This document shows positions 44,201 through 58,000 of a DNA stretch of 64,000 nucleotides, in pieces. Each line of letters starts with the position of its first letter. The stretch's first letter is position 1. The position numbers and the translations under genes were made by a program. The notes under the pieces are model-generated. The model saw only the letters and a program-made list of their open reading frames with translations. It was not told where the DNA came from and ran no database searches. The DNA lies in the NCBI GenBank assembly GCA_964016885.1, contig OZ024754.1:19964001-20028000 (forward strand), written 5' to 3'. The DNA is from Eledone cirrhosa (taxonomy: Eukaryota).

Positions 44201-47200
44201 CCAGACATGTACAACTGTGGCTAAAATGACTCTTCCATGATATAGATACTTTAGCTTCAACACAGTTTCAGATCAGGTCACTTGCCAAACATGAACAACT
44301 GTGGCTAAAATGACTCTTCCATGATATAGTTACTTTAGTTTCAACACAATCTCAGATCAAGTCACTTGCCAGACATGTACATCTGTGACTAAAATGACTC
44401 TTCCATGATATAGTTACTTTAGTTTCAACACAGTCACAGATCAAGTCACTTGCCAGACATGTACAACTGTGACTATAATGACTCTTCCATGATATAGTTA
44501 CTTTAGTTTCAACACAATCTCAGATCCTGTCACTTGCGAGACATTTACAACTGTGGCTAAAATGACTCTTCCATGATATAGTTACTTTAGTTTCAACACA
44601 GTCTTAGATCAAGTCACTTGCAAGACTGTGGCTAAAATGACTCTTCCATGATATAGTTACTTTAGTTTTCAAACAGTCTCTGATCAGGTCACTTGCCAGA
44701 CACGTACCACTGTGGCTAAAATGACTCTTCCATGATATAGTTACTTTAGTTTCAACACAGTTTCGCATCAAGTCACTTGCCAGACATGTACAACTGTGGC
44801 TAAAATGACTCTTCCATGATATAGTTACTTTAGTTTCAACACAGTTTCAGATCAGGTCATTTGCCAGACACGTACCACTGTGGCTAAAATGACTCTTCCA
44901 TGATATAATTACTTTAGTTTCAACACAGTCTCAGATCAAGTCACTTGCCAGACATGTATAACTGTGGCTAAAATGACTCTTCCATGACATAGTTACTTTA
45001 GTTTCAACATAGTCACAGATCAAGTCACTTGCTAGACATGTATAACTGTGGCTAAAATTACTCTACCATGATATAGTTACTTTAGTTTCAACACAGTTTC
45101 AGATCAGGTCACTTGCCATACACGTACCACTGTGGCTAAAATGACTCTTCCATGATATAGTTACTTTAGTTTCAACACAGTCACAGATCCTGTCACTTGC
45201 GAGACATGTACAACTGTGGCTAAAATGACTCTTCCATGATATAGTTACTTTAGTTTCAACACGATCTCAGATCAAGTCACTTGCCAGACATGTACAACTG
45301 TGGCTAAAATGACACTTCCATGATATAGTTACTTTGGTTTCAACACAGACTCAGATCAACTCACTTGCCAGACATGTACAACTGTGGCTAAAATCGCTCT
45401 TCCATGATATAGTTACTTTAGTTTCAACACAATCTCAGACCAAGTCACTTGCCAGACATGTACAACTGTGGCTAAAATGACTCTTCCTTGGTATAGTTAC
45501 TTTAGTTTCAACACAATCTCAGATCAAGTCACTTGCCAGACATGTACAACTGTGACTAAAATGACTCTTCCATGATATAGTTACTTTAGTTTCAACACAG
45601 TCACAGATCAAGTCACTTGCCAGACATGTACAACTGTGACTAAAATGACTCTTCCATGATATAGTTACTTTAGTTTCAACACAGTTTCAGATCAGGTCAC
45701 TTGCCAAACATGAACAACTGTGGCTAAAATGACTCTTCCATGATATAGTTACTTTAGTTTTCAAACAGTCTCAGATCAAGTCACTTGCTAGACATGTTCA
45801 ACTGTGGCTAAAATGACTCTTCCATGATATAGTTACTTTAGTTTCAACACAGTTTCAGATCAGGTCACTTGCCAGACACGTACCACTGTAGCTAAAATGA
45901 CTCTTCCATGATATAGTTACTTTAGTTTCAACACAGTTTCACATCAAGTCACTTGCCAGACATGTACAACTGTGGCTAAAATGACTCTTCCATGATATAG
46001 TTACTTTAGTTTCAACACAGTTTCAGATCAGGTCACTTGCCAGACACGTACCACTGTGACTAAAATGACTCTTCCATGATATAGTTACTTTAGTTTCAAC
46101 ATAGTCACAGATCAAGTCACTTGCCAGACATGTACAACTGTGGCTAAAATTACTCTTCCATGATATAGATACTTTAGCTTCAACACAGTTTCAGATCAGG
46201 TCACTTGCCAAACATGTACAACTGTGGCTAAAATGACTCTTCCATGATATAGTTACTTTAGTTTCAACACAGTTTCACATCAAGTCACTTGCCAGACATG
46301 TACAACTGTGGCTAAAATGACTCTTCCATGATATAGTTACTTTAGTTTCAACACAGTTTCAGATCAGGTCACTTGCCAAACATGAACAACTGTGGCTAAA
46401 ATGACTCTTCCATGATATAGTTACTTTAGTTTCAACACAATCTCAGATCAAGTCACTTGCCAGACATGTACATCTGTGACTAAAATGACTCTTCCATGAT
46501 ATAGTTACTTTAGTTTCAACACAGTCACAGATCAAGTCACTTGCCAAACATGAACAACTGTGGCTAAAATGACTCTTCCATGATATAGTTACTTTAGTTT
46601 TCAAACAGTATCAGTTCAAGTCACTTGCTAGACATGTTCAACTGTGGCTAAAATGACTCTTCCATGATATAGTTACTTTAGTTTCAACACAGTTTCAGAT
46701 CAAGTCACTTGCCAGATATGTACAACTGTGGCTAAAATGACTCTTCCATGATATAGTTACTTTAGTTTCAACACAATCTCAGATCAAGTCACTTGCCAGA
46801 CATGTACAACTGTGACTAAAATGACTCTTCCATGATATAGTTACTTTAGTTTCAACACAATCTCAGGTCAAGTCACTTGCCAAACATGTACAACTGTGGC
46901 TAAAATGACTCTTCCATGATATAGTTACTTTAGTTTCAACACAATCTCAGATCAAGTCACTTGCCAGACATGTACAACTGTGACTAAAATGACTCTTCCA
47001 TGATATAGTTACTTTAGTTTCAACACAGTCACAGATCAAATCACTTGCCAGACATGTACAACTATGGCTCAAATGACTCTTCCATGATATAGTTACTTTA
47101 GTTTCAACACAGTCTCAGATCAAGTCACTTGTCATACATGTACAACTGTGGCTAAAATGACTCTTCCATGATATATTTACTTTAGTTTCAACACAATCTC

Positions 47201-50200
47201 AGATCAAGTCATTTGCCAGACATGTACAACTATGACTAAAATGACTCTTCCAGGACATAGTTACTTTAGTTTCAACATAGTCACAGATCAAGTCACTTGC
47301 CAGACATGTACAACTGTGGCTAAAATGACTCTTCCATGATATAGATACTTTAGCTTCAACACAGTTTCAGATCAGGTCACTTGCCAAACATGAACAACTG
47401 TGGCTAAAATGACTCTTCCATGATATAGTTACTTTAGTTTCAACACAATCTCAGATCAAGTCACTTGCCAGACATGTACATCTGTGACTAAAATGACTCT
47501 TCCATGATATAGTTACTTTAGTTTCAACACAGTCACAGATCAAGTCACTTGCCAGACATGTACAACTGTGACTATAATGACTCTTCCATGATATAGTTAC
47601 TTTAGTTTCAACACAATCTCAGATCCTGTCACTTGCGAGACATTTACAACTGTGGCTAAAATGACTCTTCCATGATATAGTTACTTTAGTTTCAACACAG
47701 TCTTAGATCAAGTCACTTGCAAGACTGTGGCTAAAATGACTCTTCCATGATATAGTTACTTTAGTTTTCAAACAGTCTCTGATCAGGTCACTTGCCAGAC
47801 ACGTACCACTGTGGCTAAAATGACTCTTCCATGATATAGTTACTTTAGTTTCAACACAGTTTCGCATCAAGTCACTTGCCAGACATGTACAACTGTGGCT
47901 AAAATGACTCTTCCATGATATAGTTACTTTAGTTTCAACACAGTTTCAGATCAGGTCATTTGCCAGACACGTACCACTGTGGCTAAAATGACTCTTCCAT
48001 GATATAATTACTTTAGTTTCAACACAGTCTCAGATCAAGTCACTTGCCAGACATGTATAACTGTGGCTAAAATGACTCTTCCATGACATAGTTACTTTAG
48101 TTTCAACATAGTCACAGATCAAGTCACTTGCTAGACATGTATAACTGTGGCTAAAATTACTCTACCATGATATAGTTACTTTAGTTTCAACACAGTTTCA
48201 GATCAGGTCACTTGCCATACACGTACCACTGTGGCTAAAATGACTCTTCCATGATATAGTTACTTTAGTTTCAACACAGTCACAGATCCTGTCACTTGCG
48301 AGACATGTACAACTGTGGCTAAAATGACTCTTCCATGATATAGTTACTTTAGTTTCAACACGATCTCAGATCAAGTCACTTGCCAGACATGTACAACTGT
48401 GGCTAAAATGACACTTCCATGATATAGTTACTTTGGTTTCAACACAGACTCAGATCAACTCACTTGCCAGACATGTACAACTGTGGCTAAAATCGCTCTT
48501 CCATGATATAGTTACTTTAGTTTCAACACAATCTCAGACCAAGTCACTTGCCAGACATGTACAACTGTGGCTAAAATGACTCTTCCTTGGTATAGTTACT
48601 TTAGTTTCAACACAATCTCAGATCAAGTCACTTGCCAGACATGTACAACTGTGACTAAAATGACTCTTCCATGATATAGTTACTTTAGTTTCAACACAGT
48701 CACAGATCAAGTCACTTGCCAGACATGTACAACTGTGACTAAAATGACTCTTCCATGATATAGTTACTTTAGTTTCAACACAGTTTCAGATCAGGTCACT
48801 TGCCAAACATGAACAACTGTGGCTAAAATGACTCTTCCATGATATAGTTACTTTAGTTTTCAAACAGTCTCAGATCAAGTCACTTGCTAGACATGTTCAA
48901 CTGTGGCTAAAATGACTCTTCCATGATATAGTTACTTTAGTTTCAACACAGTTTCAGATCAGGTCACTTGCCAGACACGTACCACTGTAGCTAAAATGAC
49001 TCTTCCATGATATAGTTACTTTAGTTTCAACACAGTTTCACATCAAGTCACTTGCCAGACATGTACAACTGTGGCTAAAATGACTCTTCCATGATATAGT
49101 TACTTTAGTTTCAACACAGTTTCAGATCAGGTCACTTGCCAGACACGTACCACTGTGACTAAAATGACTCTTCCATGATATAGTTACTTTAGTTTCAACA
49201 TAGTCACAGATCAAGTCACTTGCCAGACATGTACAACTGTGGCTAAAATTACTCTTCCATGATATAGATACTTTAGCTTCAACACAGTTTCAGATCAGGT
49301 CACTTGCCAAACATGTACAACTGTGGCTGAAATGACTCTTCCATGATATGGTTACTTTAGTTTCAACACAATCTCAGATCAAGTCACTTGCCAGACATGT
49401 ACATCTGTGACTAAAATGACTCTTCCATGATATAGTTACTTTAGTTTCAACACAGTCGCAGATCAAGTCACTTGCCAGACATGTACAACTGTGACTAAAA
49501 TGACTCTTCCATGATATAGTTACTTTAGTTTCAACACAATCTCAGATCCTGTCACTTGCGAGACATTTACAACTGTGGCTAAAATGACTCTTCAATGATA
49601 TAGTTACTTTAGTTTCAACACAGTCTTTGATCAAGTCACTTGCAAGACTGTGGCTAAAATGACTCTTCCATGATATAGTTACTTTAGTTTTCAAACAGTC
49701 TCAGATCAGGTCACTTGCCAGACACGTACCACTGTGGCTAAAATGACTCTTCCATGATATAGTTACTTTAGTTTCAACACAGTCTCAGATCAAGTCACTT
49801 GCCAGACATGTACAACTGTGGCTAAAATGACTCTTCCATGATATAGTTACTTTAGTTTCAACACAGTTTCAGATCAGGTCACTTGCCATACACGTACCAC
49901 TGTGGCTAAAATGACTCTTCCATGATATAGTTACTTTAGTTTCAACACAGTCACAGATCCTGTCACTTGCGAGACATGTACAACTGTGGCTAAAATGACT
50001 CTTCCATGATATAGTTACTTTAGTTTCAACACAATCTCAGATCAAGTCACTTGCTAGCCATGTACAACTGTGACTAAAATGACTCTTCCATGATATAGTT
50101 ACTTTAGTTTCAACACAAACTCAGATCAAGTCACTTGCCAGACATGTACAACTGTGACTAAAATGACTCTTCCATGATATAGTTACTTTAGTTTCAACAC

Positions 50201-53200
50201 AATCTCAGATCAAGTCACTTGCCAGACATGTACAACTGTGACTAAAATGACTCTTCCATGATATAGTTACTTTAGTTTCAACACAGTTTCAGATCAGTTC
50301 ACTTGCCAAACATGAACAACTGTGGCTAAAATGACTCTTCCATGATATAGTTACTTTAGTTTTCAAACAGTCTCAGATCAAGTCACTTGCTAGACATGTT
50401 CAACTGTGGCTAAAATGACTCTTCCATGATGTAGTTACTTTAGTTTCAACACAGTTTCAGATAAGGTCACTTGCCAGACACGTACCACTGTGGCTAAAAT
50501 GATTCTTCCATGATATAGTTACTTAAGTTTCAACACAATCTCAGATCAAGTCACTTGCCAGACATGTACAACTGTAACTAAAATGACTCTTCCATGATAT
50601 AGTTACTTTAGTTTCAACACAATCTCAGATCAAGTCACTTGCCAAACATGTACAACTGTGGCTAAAATGACTCTTCCATGATATAGTTACTTTAGTTTCA
50701 ACACAATCTCAGATCAAGTCATGTACAACTGTGACTAACATAACTCTTCCATGATATAGTTACTTTAGTTTCAACACAGTCTCAGATCAAGTCACTTGTC
50801 AGACATGTACAACTGTGGCTAAAATGACTCTTCCATGATATAGTTACTTTAGTTTCAACACAATCTCAGATCAAGTCACTTGCCAGACATGTACAACTAT
50901 GACTAAAATGACTCTTCCAGGACATAGTTACTTTAGTTTCAACATAGTCACCGATCAAGTCACTTGCCAGACATGTACAACTGTGGCTAAAATGACTCTT
51001 CCATGATATAGATACTTTAGCTTCAACACAGTTTCAGATCAGGTCACTTGCCAAACATGAACAACTGTGGCTAAAATGACTCTTCCATGATATAGTTACT
51101 TTAGTTTCAACACAATCTCAGATCAAGTCACTTGCCAGACATGTACATCTGTGACTAAAATGACTCTTCCATGATATAGTTACTTTAGTTTCAACACAGT
51201 CACAGATCAAGTCACTTGCCAGACATGTACAACTGTGACTAAAATGACTCTTCCATGATATAGTTACTTTAGTTTCAACACAATCTCAGATCCTGTCACT
51301 TGCGAGACATTTACAACTGTGGCTAAAATGACTCTTCCATGATATAGTTACTTTAGTTTCAACACAGTCTTAGATCAAGTCACTTGCAAGACTGTGGCTA
51401 AAATGACTCTTCCATGATATAGTTACTTTAGTTTTCAAACAGTCTCCGATCAAGTCACTTGCTAGACATGTACAACTGTGGCTATAATGACTCTTCCATG
51501 ATATAGTTACTTTAGTTTTAACACAGTTTCAGATCAGGTCACTTGCCAGACACGTACCACTGTGGCTAAAATGACTCTTCCATGATATAGTTACTTTAGT
51601 TTCAACACAGTTTCACATCAAGTCACTTGCCAGACATGTACAACTGTGGCTAAAATGACTCTTCCATGATATAGTTACTTTAGTTTCAACACAGTTTCAG
51701 ATCAGGTCACTTGCCAAACATGAACAACTGTGGCTAAAATGACTCTTCCATGATATAGTTACTTTAGTTTCAACACAGTCACAGATCAAGTCACTTGCCA
51801 AACATGAACAACTGTGGCTAAAATGACTCTTCCATGATATAGTTACTTTAGTTTTCAAACAGTCTCAGATCAAGTCACTTGCTAGACATGTTCAACTGTG
51901 GCTAAAATGACTCTTCCATGATATAGTTACTTTAGTTTCAACACAGTTTCAGATCAAGTCACTTGCCAGATATGTACAACTGTGGCTAAAATGACTCTTC
52001 CATGATATAGTTACTTTAGTTTCAACACAATCTCAGATCAAGTCACTTGCCAGACATGTACAACTGTGACTAAAATGACTCTTCCATGATATAGTTACTT
52101 TAGTTTCAACACAATCTCAGGTCAAGTCACTTGCCAAACATGTACAACTGTGGCTAAAATGACTCTTCCATGATATAGTTACTTTAGTTTCAACACAATC
52201 TCAGATCAAGTCACTTGCCAGACATGTACAACTGTGACTAAAATGACTCTTCCATGATATAGTTACTTTAGTTTCAACACAGTCACAGATCAAATCACTT
52301 GCCAGACATGTACAACTATGGCTCAAATGACTCTTCCATGATATAGTTACTTTAGTTTCAACACAGTCTCAGATCAAGTCACTTGTCATACATGTACAAC
52401 TGTGGCTAAAATGACTCTTCCATGATATATTTACTTTAGTTTCAACACAATCTCAGATCAAGTCATTTGCCAGACATGTACAACTATGACTAAAATGACT
52501 CTTCCAGGACATAGTTACTTTAGTTTCAACATAGTCACAGATCAAGTCACTTGCCAGACATGTACAACTGTGGCTAAAATGACTCTTCCATGATATAGAT
52601 ACTTTAGCTTCAACACAGTTTCAGATCAGGTCACTTGCCAAACATGAACAACTGTGGCTAAAATGACTCTTCCATGATATAGTTACTTTAGTTTCAACAC
52701 AATCTCAGATCAAGTCACTTGCCAGACATGTACATCTGTGACTAAAATGACTCTTCCATGATATAGTTACTTTAGTTTCAACACAGTCACAGATCAAGTC
52801 ACTTGCCAGACATGTACAACTGTGACTATAATGACTCTTCCATGATATAGTTACTTTAGTTTCAACACAATCTCAGATCCTGTCACTTGCGAGACATTTA
52901 CAACTGTGGCTAAAATGACTCTTCCATGATATAGTTACTTTAGTTTCAACACAGTCTTAGATCAAGTCACTTGCAAGACTGTGGCTAAAATGACTCTTCC
53001 ATGATATAGTTACTTTAGTTTTCAAACAGTCTCTGATCAGGTCACTTGCCAGACACGTACCACTGTGGCTAAAATGACTCTTCCATGATATAGTTACTTT
53101 AGTTTCAACACAGTTTCAGATCAGGTCATATGCCAGACACGTACCACTGTGGCTAAAATGACTCTTCCATGATATAATTACTTTAGTTTCAACACAGTCT

Positions 53201-55000
53201 CAGATCAAGTCACTTGCCAGACATGTATAACTGTGGCTAAAATGACTCTTCCATGACATAGTTACTTTAGTTTCAACATAGTCACAGATCAAGTCACTTG
53301 CTAGACATGTATAACTGTGGCTAAAATTACTCTACCATGATATAGTTACTTTAGTTTCAACACAGTTTCAGATCAGGTCACTTGCCATACACGTACCACT
53401 GTGGCTAAAATGACTCTTCCATGATATAGTTACTTTAGTTTCAACACAGTCACAGATCCTGTCACTTGCGAGACATGTACAACTGTGGCTAAAATGACTC
53501 TTCCATGATATAGTTACTTTAGTTTCAACACGATCTCAGATCAAGTCACTTGCCAGACATGTACAACTGTGGCTAAAATGACACTTCCATGATATAGTTA
53601 CTTTGGTTTCAACACAGACTCAGATCAACTCACTTGCCAGACATGTACAACTGTGGCTAAAATCGCTCTTCCATGATATAGTTACTTTAGTTCCAACACA
53701 ATCTCAGACCAAGTCACTTGCCAGACATGTACAACTGTGGCTAAAATGACTCTTCCTTGGTATAGTTACTTTAGTTTCAACACAATCTCAGATCAAGTCA
53801 CTTGCCAGACATGTACAACTGTGACTAAAATGACTCTTCCATGATATAGTTACTTTAGTTTCAACACAGTCACAGATCAAGTCACTTGCCAGACATGTAC
53901 AACTGTGACTAAAATGACTCTTCCATGATATAGTTACTTTAGTTTCAACACAGTTTCAGATCAGGTCACTTGCCAAACATGAACAACTGTGGCTAAAATG
54001 ACTCTTCCATGATATAGTTACTTTAGTTTTCAAACAGTCTCAGATCAAGTCACTTGCTAGACATGTTCAACTGTGGCTAAAATGACTCTTCCATGATATA
54101 GTTACTTTAGTTTCAACACAGTTTCAGATCAGGTCACTTGCCAGACACGTACCACTGTGGCTAAAATGACTCTTCCATGATATAGTTACTTTAGTTTCAA
54201 CACAGTTTCACAACAAGTCACTTGCCAGACATGTACAACTGTGGCTAAAATGACTCTTCCATGATATAGTTACTTTAGTTTCAACACAGTTTCAGATCAG
54301 GTCACTTGCCAGACACGTACCACTGTGACTAAAATGACTCTTCCATGATATAGTTACTTTAGTTTCAACATAGTCACAGATCAAGTCACTTGCCAGACAT
54401 GTACAACTGTGGCTAAAATTACTCTTCCATGATATAGATACTTTAGCTTCAACACAGTTTCAGATCAGGTCACTTGCCAAACATGTACAACTGTGGCTGA
54501 AATGACTCTTCCATGATATGGTTACTTTAGTTTCAACACAATCTCAGATCAAGTCACTTGCCAGACATGTACATCTGTGACTAAAATGACTCTTCCATGA
54601 TATAGTTACTTTAGTTTCAACACAGTCGCAGATCAAGTCACTTGCCAGACATGTACAACTGTGACTAAAATGACTCTTCCATGATATAGTTACTTTAGTT
54701 TCAACACAATCTCAGATCCTGTCACTTGCGAGACATTTACAACTGTGGCTAAAATGACTCTTCAATGATATAGTTACTTTAGTTTCAACACAGTCTTTGA
54801 TCAAGTCACTTGCAAGACTGTGGCTCAAATGACTCTTCCATGATATAGTTACTTTAGTTTTCAAACAGTCTCAGATCAGGTCACTTGCCAGACACGTACC
54901 ACTGTGGCTAAAATGACTCTTCCATGATATAGTTACTTTAGTTTCAACACAGTCTCAGATCAAGTCACTTGCCAGACATGTACAACTGTGGCTAAAATGA
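38300..55000. repeat. Satellite layer C: HORs including 21-, 37- and 62-mer spacings
   Basis: Marker GATACTTTAGCTTC at 40830, 42574, 44245, 46168, 47344, 49267, 51011, 52598 and 54437. The layer also has an 11-bp-deletion monomer and CCAGGACATAG. Spacings include 1744 (21x84-20), 3099 (37x84-9) and 5170 (62x84-38). Confidence 0.82.
43150..49320. repeat. Near-identical tandem duplication of a 37-monomer block (3099 bp)
   Basis: Rare variants ATCAGTTCAAG (43511/46610), TTTCGCATC (about 44761/47860), CTCTACCATG (45061/48160) and GATACTTTAGC (44245/47344) are all offset by 3099 bp. Confidence 0.9.
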
Positions 55001-58000
55001 CTCTTCCATGATATAGTTACTTTAGTTTCAACACAGTTTCAGATCAGGTCACTTGCCATACACGTACCACTGTGGCTAAAATGACTCTTCCATGATATAG
55101 TTACTTTACTTTCAACACAGTCACAGATCAAGTCACTTGCCAGACATGTACAACTGTGGCTAAAATGACTCTTCCATTATATAGTTACTTTAGTTTCAAC
55201 ACAATCTCAGATCCTGTCACTTGCGAGACATGTACAACTGTGGCTAAAATGACTCTTCCATGATATAGTTACTTTAGTTTCAACACAATCTCAGATCAAG
55301 TCACTTGCTAGCCATGTACAACTGTGACTAAAATGACTCTTCCATGATATAGTTACTTTAGTTTCAACACAATCTCAGATCAAGTCACTTGCCAGACATG
55401 TACAACTGTGACTAAAATGACTCTTCCATGATATAGTTACTTTAGTTTCAACACAATCTCAGATCAAGTCACTTGCCAGACATGTACAACTGTGACTAAA
55501 ATGACTCTTCCATGATATAGTTACTTTAGTTTCAACACAGTTTCAGATCAGTTCACTTGCCAAACATGAACAACTGTGGCTAAAATGACTCTTCCATGAT
55601 ATAGTTACTTTAGTTTTCAAACAGTCTCAGATCAAGTCACTTGCTAGACATGTTCAACTGTGGCTAAAATGACTCTTACATGATATAGTTACTTTAGTTT
55701 CAACACAGTTTCAGATCAGGTCACTTAACATACACGTACCACTGTGGCTAAAATGACTTTTCCATGATATAGTTACTTAAGTTTCAACACAGTTTCACAT
55801 CAAGTCACTTGCCAGACATGAACAACTGTGGCTAAAATGACTCTTCCATGATATAGTTACTTTAGTTTCAACACAATCTCAGATCAAGTCACTTGCCAAA
55901 CATGTACAACTGTGGCTAAAATGACTCTTCCATGATATAGTTACTTTAGTTTCAACACAGTTTCAGATCAGGTCACTTAACATACACGTACCACTGTGGC
56001 TAAAATGACTTTTCCATGATATAGTTACTTTAGTTTCAACACAGTCACAGATCAAGTCACTTGCCAGACATGTACAACTGTGGCTAAAATGACTCTTCCA
56101 TGATATAGTTACTTTAGTTTCAACACAATCTCAGATCCTGTCACTTGCGAGACATGTACAACTGTGGCTAAAATGACTCTTCCATGATATAGTTACTTTA
56201 GTTTCAACACAATCTCAGATCAAGTCACTTGCTAGCCATGTACAACTGTGGCTAAAATGACTCTTCCATGATATAGTTACTTTAGTTTCAACACAGTCTC
56301 AGATCAAGTCACTTGCCAGACATGTACAACTGTGGCTAAAATGACACTTCCATGATATAGTTACTTTGGTTTCAACACAGTCTCAGATCAACTCACTTGC
56401 CAGACATGTACAACTGTGGCTAAAATCGCTCTTCCATGATATAGTTACTTTAGTTTCAACACAATCTCAGACCAAGTCACTTGCCAGACATGTACAACTG
56501 TGGCTAAAATGACTCTTCCTTGGTATAGTTACTTTAGTTTCAACACAATCTCAGATCAAGTCACTTGCCAGACATGTACAACTGTGGCTAAAATGACTCT
56601 TCCATGATATAGTTACTTTAGTTTCAACACAGTCACAGATCAAGTCACTTGCCAGACATGTACGGCTATGGCTAAAATGACTCTTCCATGATATAGTTAC
56701 TTTAGTTTCAACACAATCTCAGATCAAGTTACTTGCCAGACATGTACAACTGTGGCTAAAATCGCTCTTCCATGATATAGTTACTTTAGTTTCAACACAA
56801 TCTCAGACCAAGTCACTTGCCAGACATGTACAACTGTGGCTAAAATGACTCTTCCTTGGTATAGTTACTTTGGTTTCAACACAGTCTCAGATCAACTCAC
56901 TTGCCAGACATGTACAACTGTGGCTAAAATCGCTCTTCCATGATATAGTTACTTTAGTTTCAACACAATCTCAGACCAAGTCACTTGCCAGACATGTACA
57001 ACTGTGGCTAAAATGACTCTTCCTTGGTATAGTTACTTTAGTTTCAACACAATCTCAGATCCTGTCACTTGCGAGACATGTACAACTGTGGCTAAAATGA
57101 CTCTTCCATGATATAGTTACTTTAGTTTCAACACAATCTCAGATCAAGTCACTTGCTAGCCATGTACAACTGTGACTAAAATGACTCTTCCATGATATAG
57201 TTACTTTAGTTTCAACACAATCTCAGATCAAGTCACTTGCCAGACATGTACAACTGTGACTAAAATGACTCTTCCATGATATAGTTACTTTAGTTTCAAC
57301 ACAATCTCAGATCAAGTCACTTGCCAGACATGTACAACTGTGACTAAAATGACTCTTCCATGATATAGTTACTTTAGTTTCAACACAGTTTCAGATCAGT
57401 TCACTTGCCAAACATGAACAACTGTGGCTAAAATGACTCTTCCATGATATAGTTACTTTAGTTTTCAAACAGTCTCAGATCAAGTCACTTGCTAGACATG
57501 TTCAACTGTGGCTAAAATGACTCTTCCATGATATAGTTACTTTAGTTTCAACACAGTTTCAGATAAGGTCACTTGCCAGACACGTACCACTGTGGCTAAA
57601 ATGATTCTTCCATGATATAGTTACTTAAGTTTCAACACAGTTTCACATCAAGTCACTTGCCAGACATGTACAACTGTGGCTAAAATGACTCTTCCATGAT
57701 ATAGTTACTTTAGTTTCAACACAATCTCAGATCAAGTCACTTGCCAAACATGTACAACTGTGGCTAAAATGACTCTTCCATGATATAGTTACTTTAGTTT
57801 CAACACAGTTTCAGATCAGGTCACTTACCATACACGTACCACTGTGGCTAAAATGACTTTTCCATGATATAGTTACTTTAGTTTCAACACAGTCACAGAT
57901 CAAGTCACTTGCCAGACATGTACAACTGTGGCTAAAATGACTCTTCCATGATATAGTTACTTTAGTTTCAACACAATCTCAGATCCTGTCACTTGCGAGA

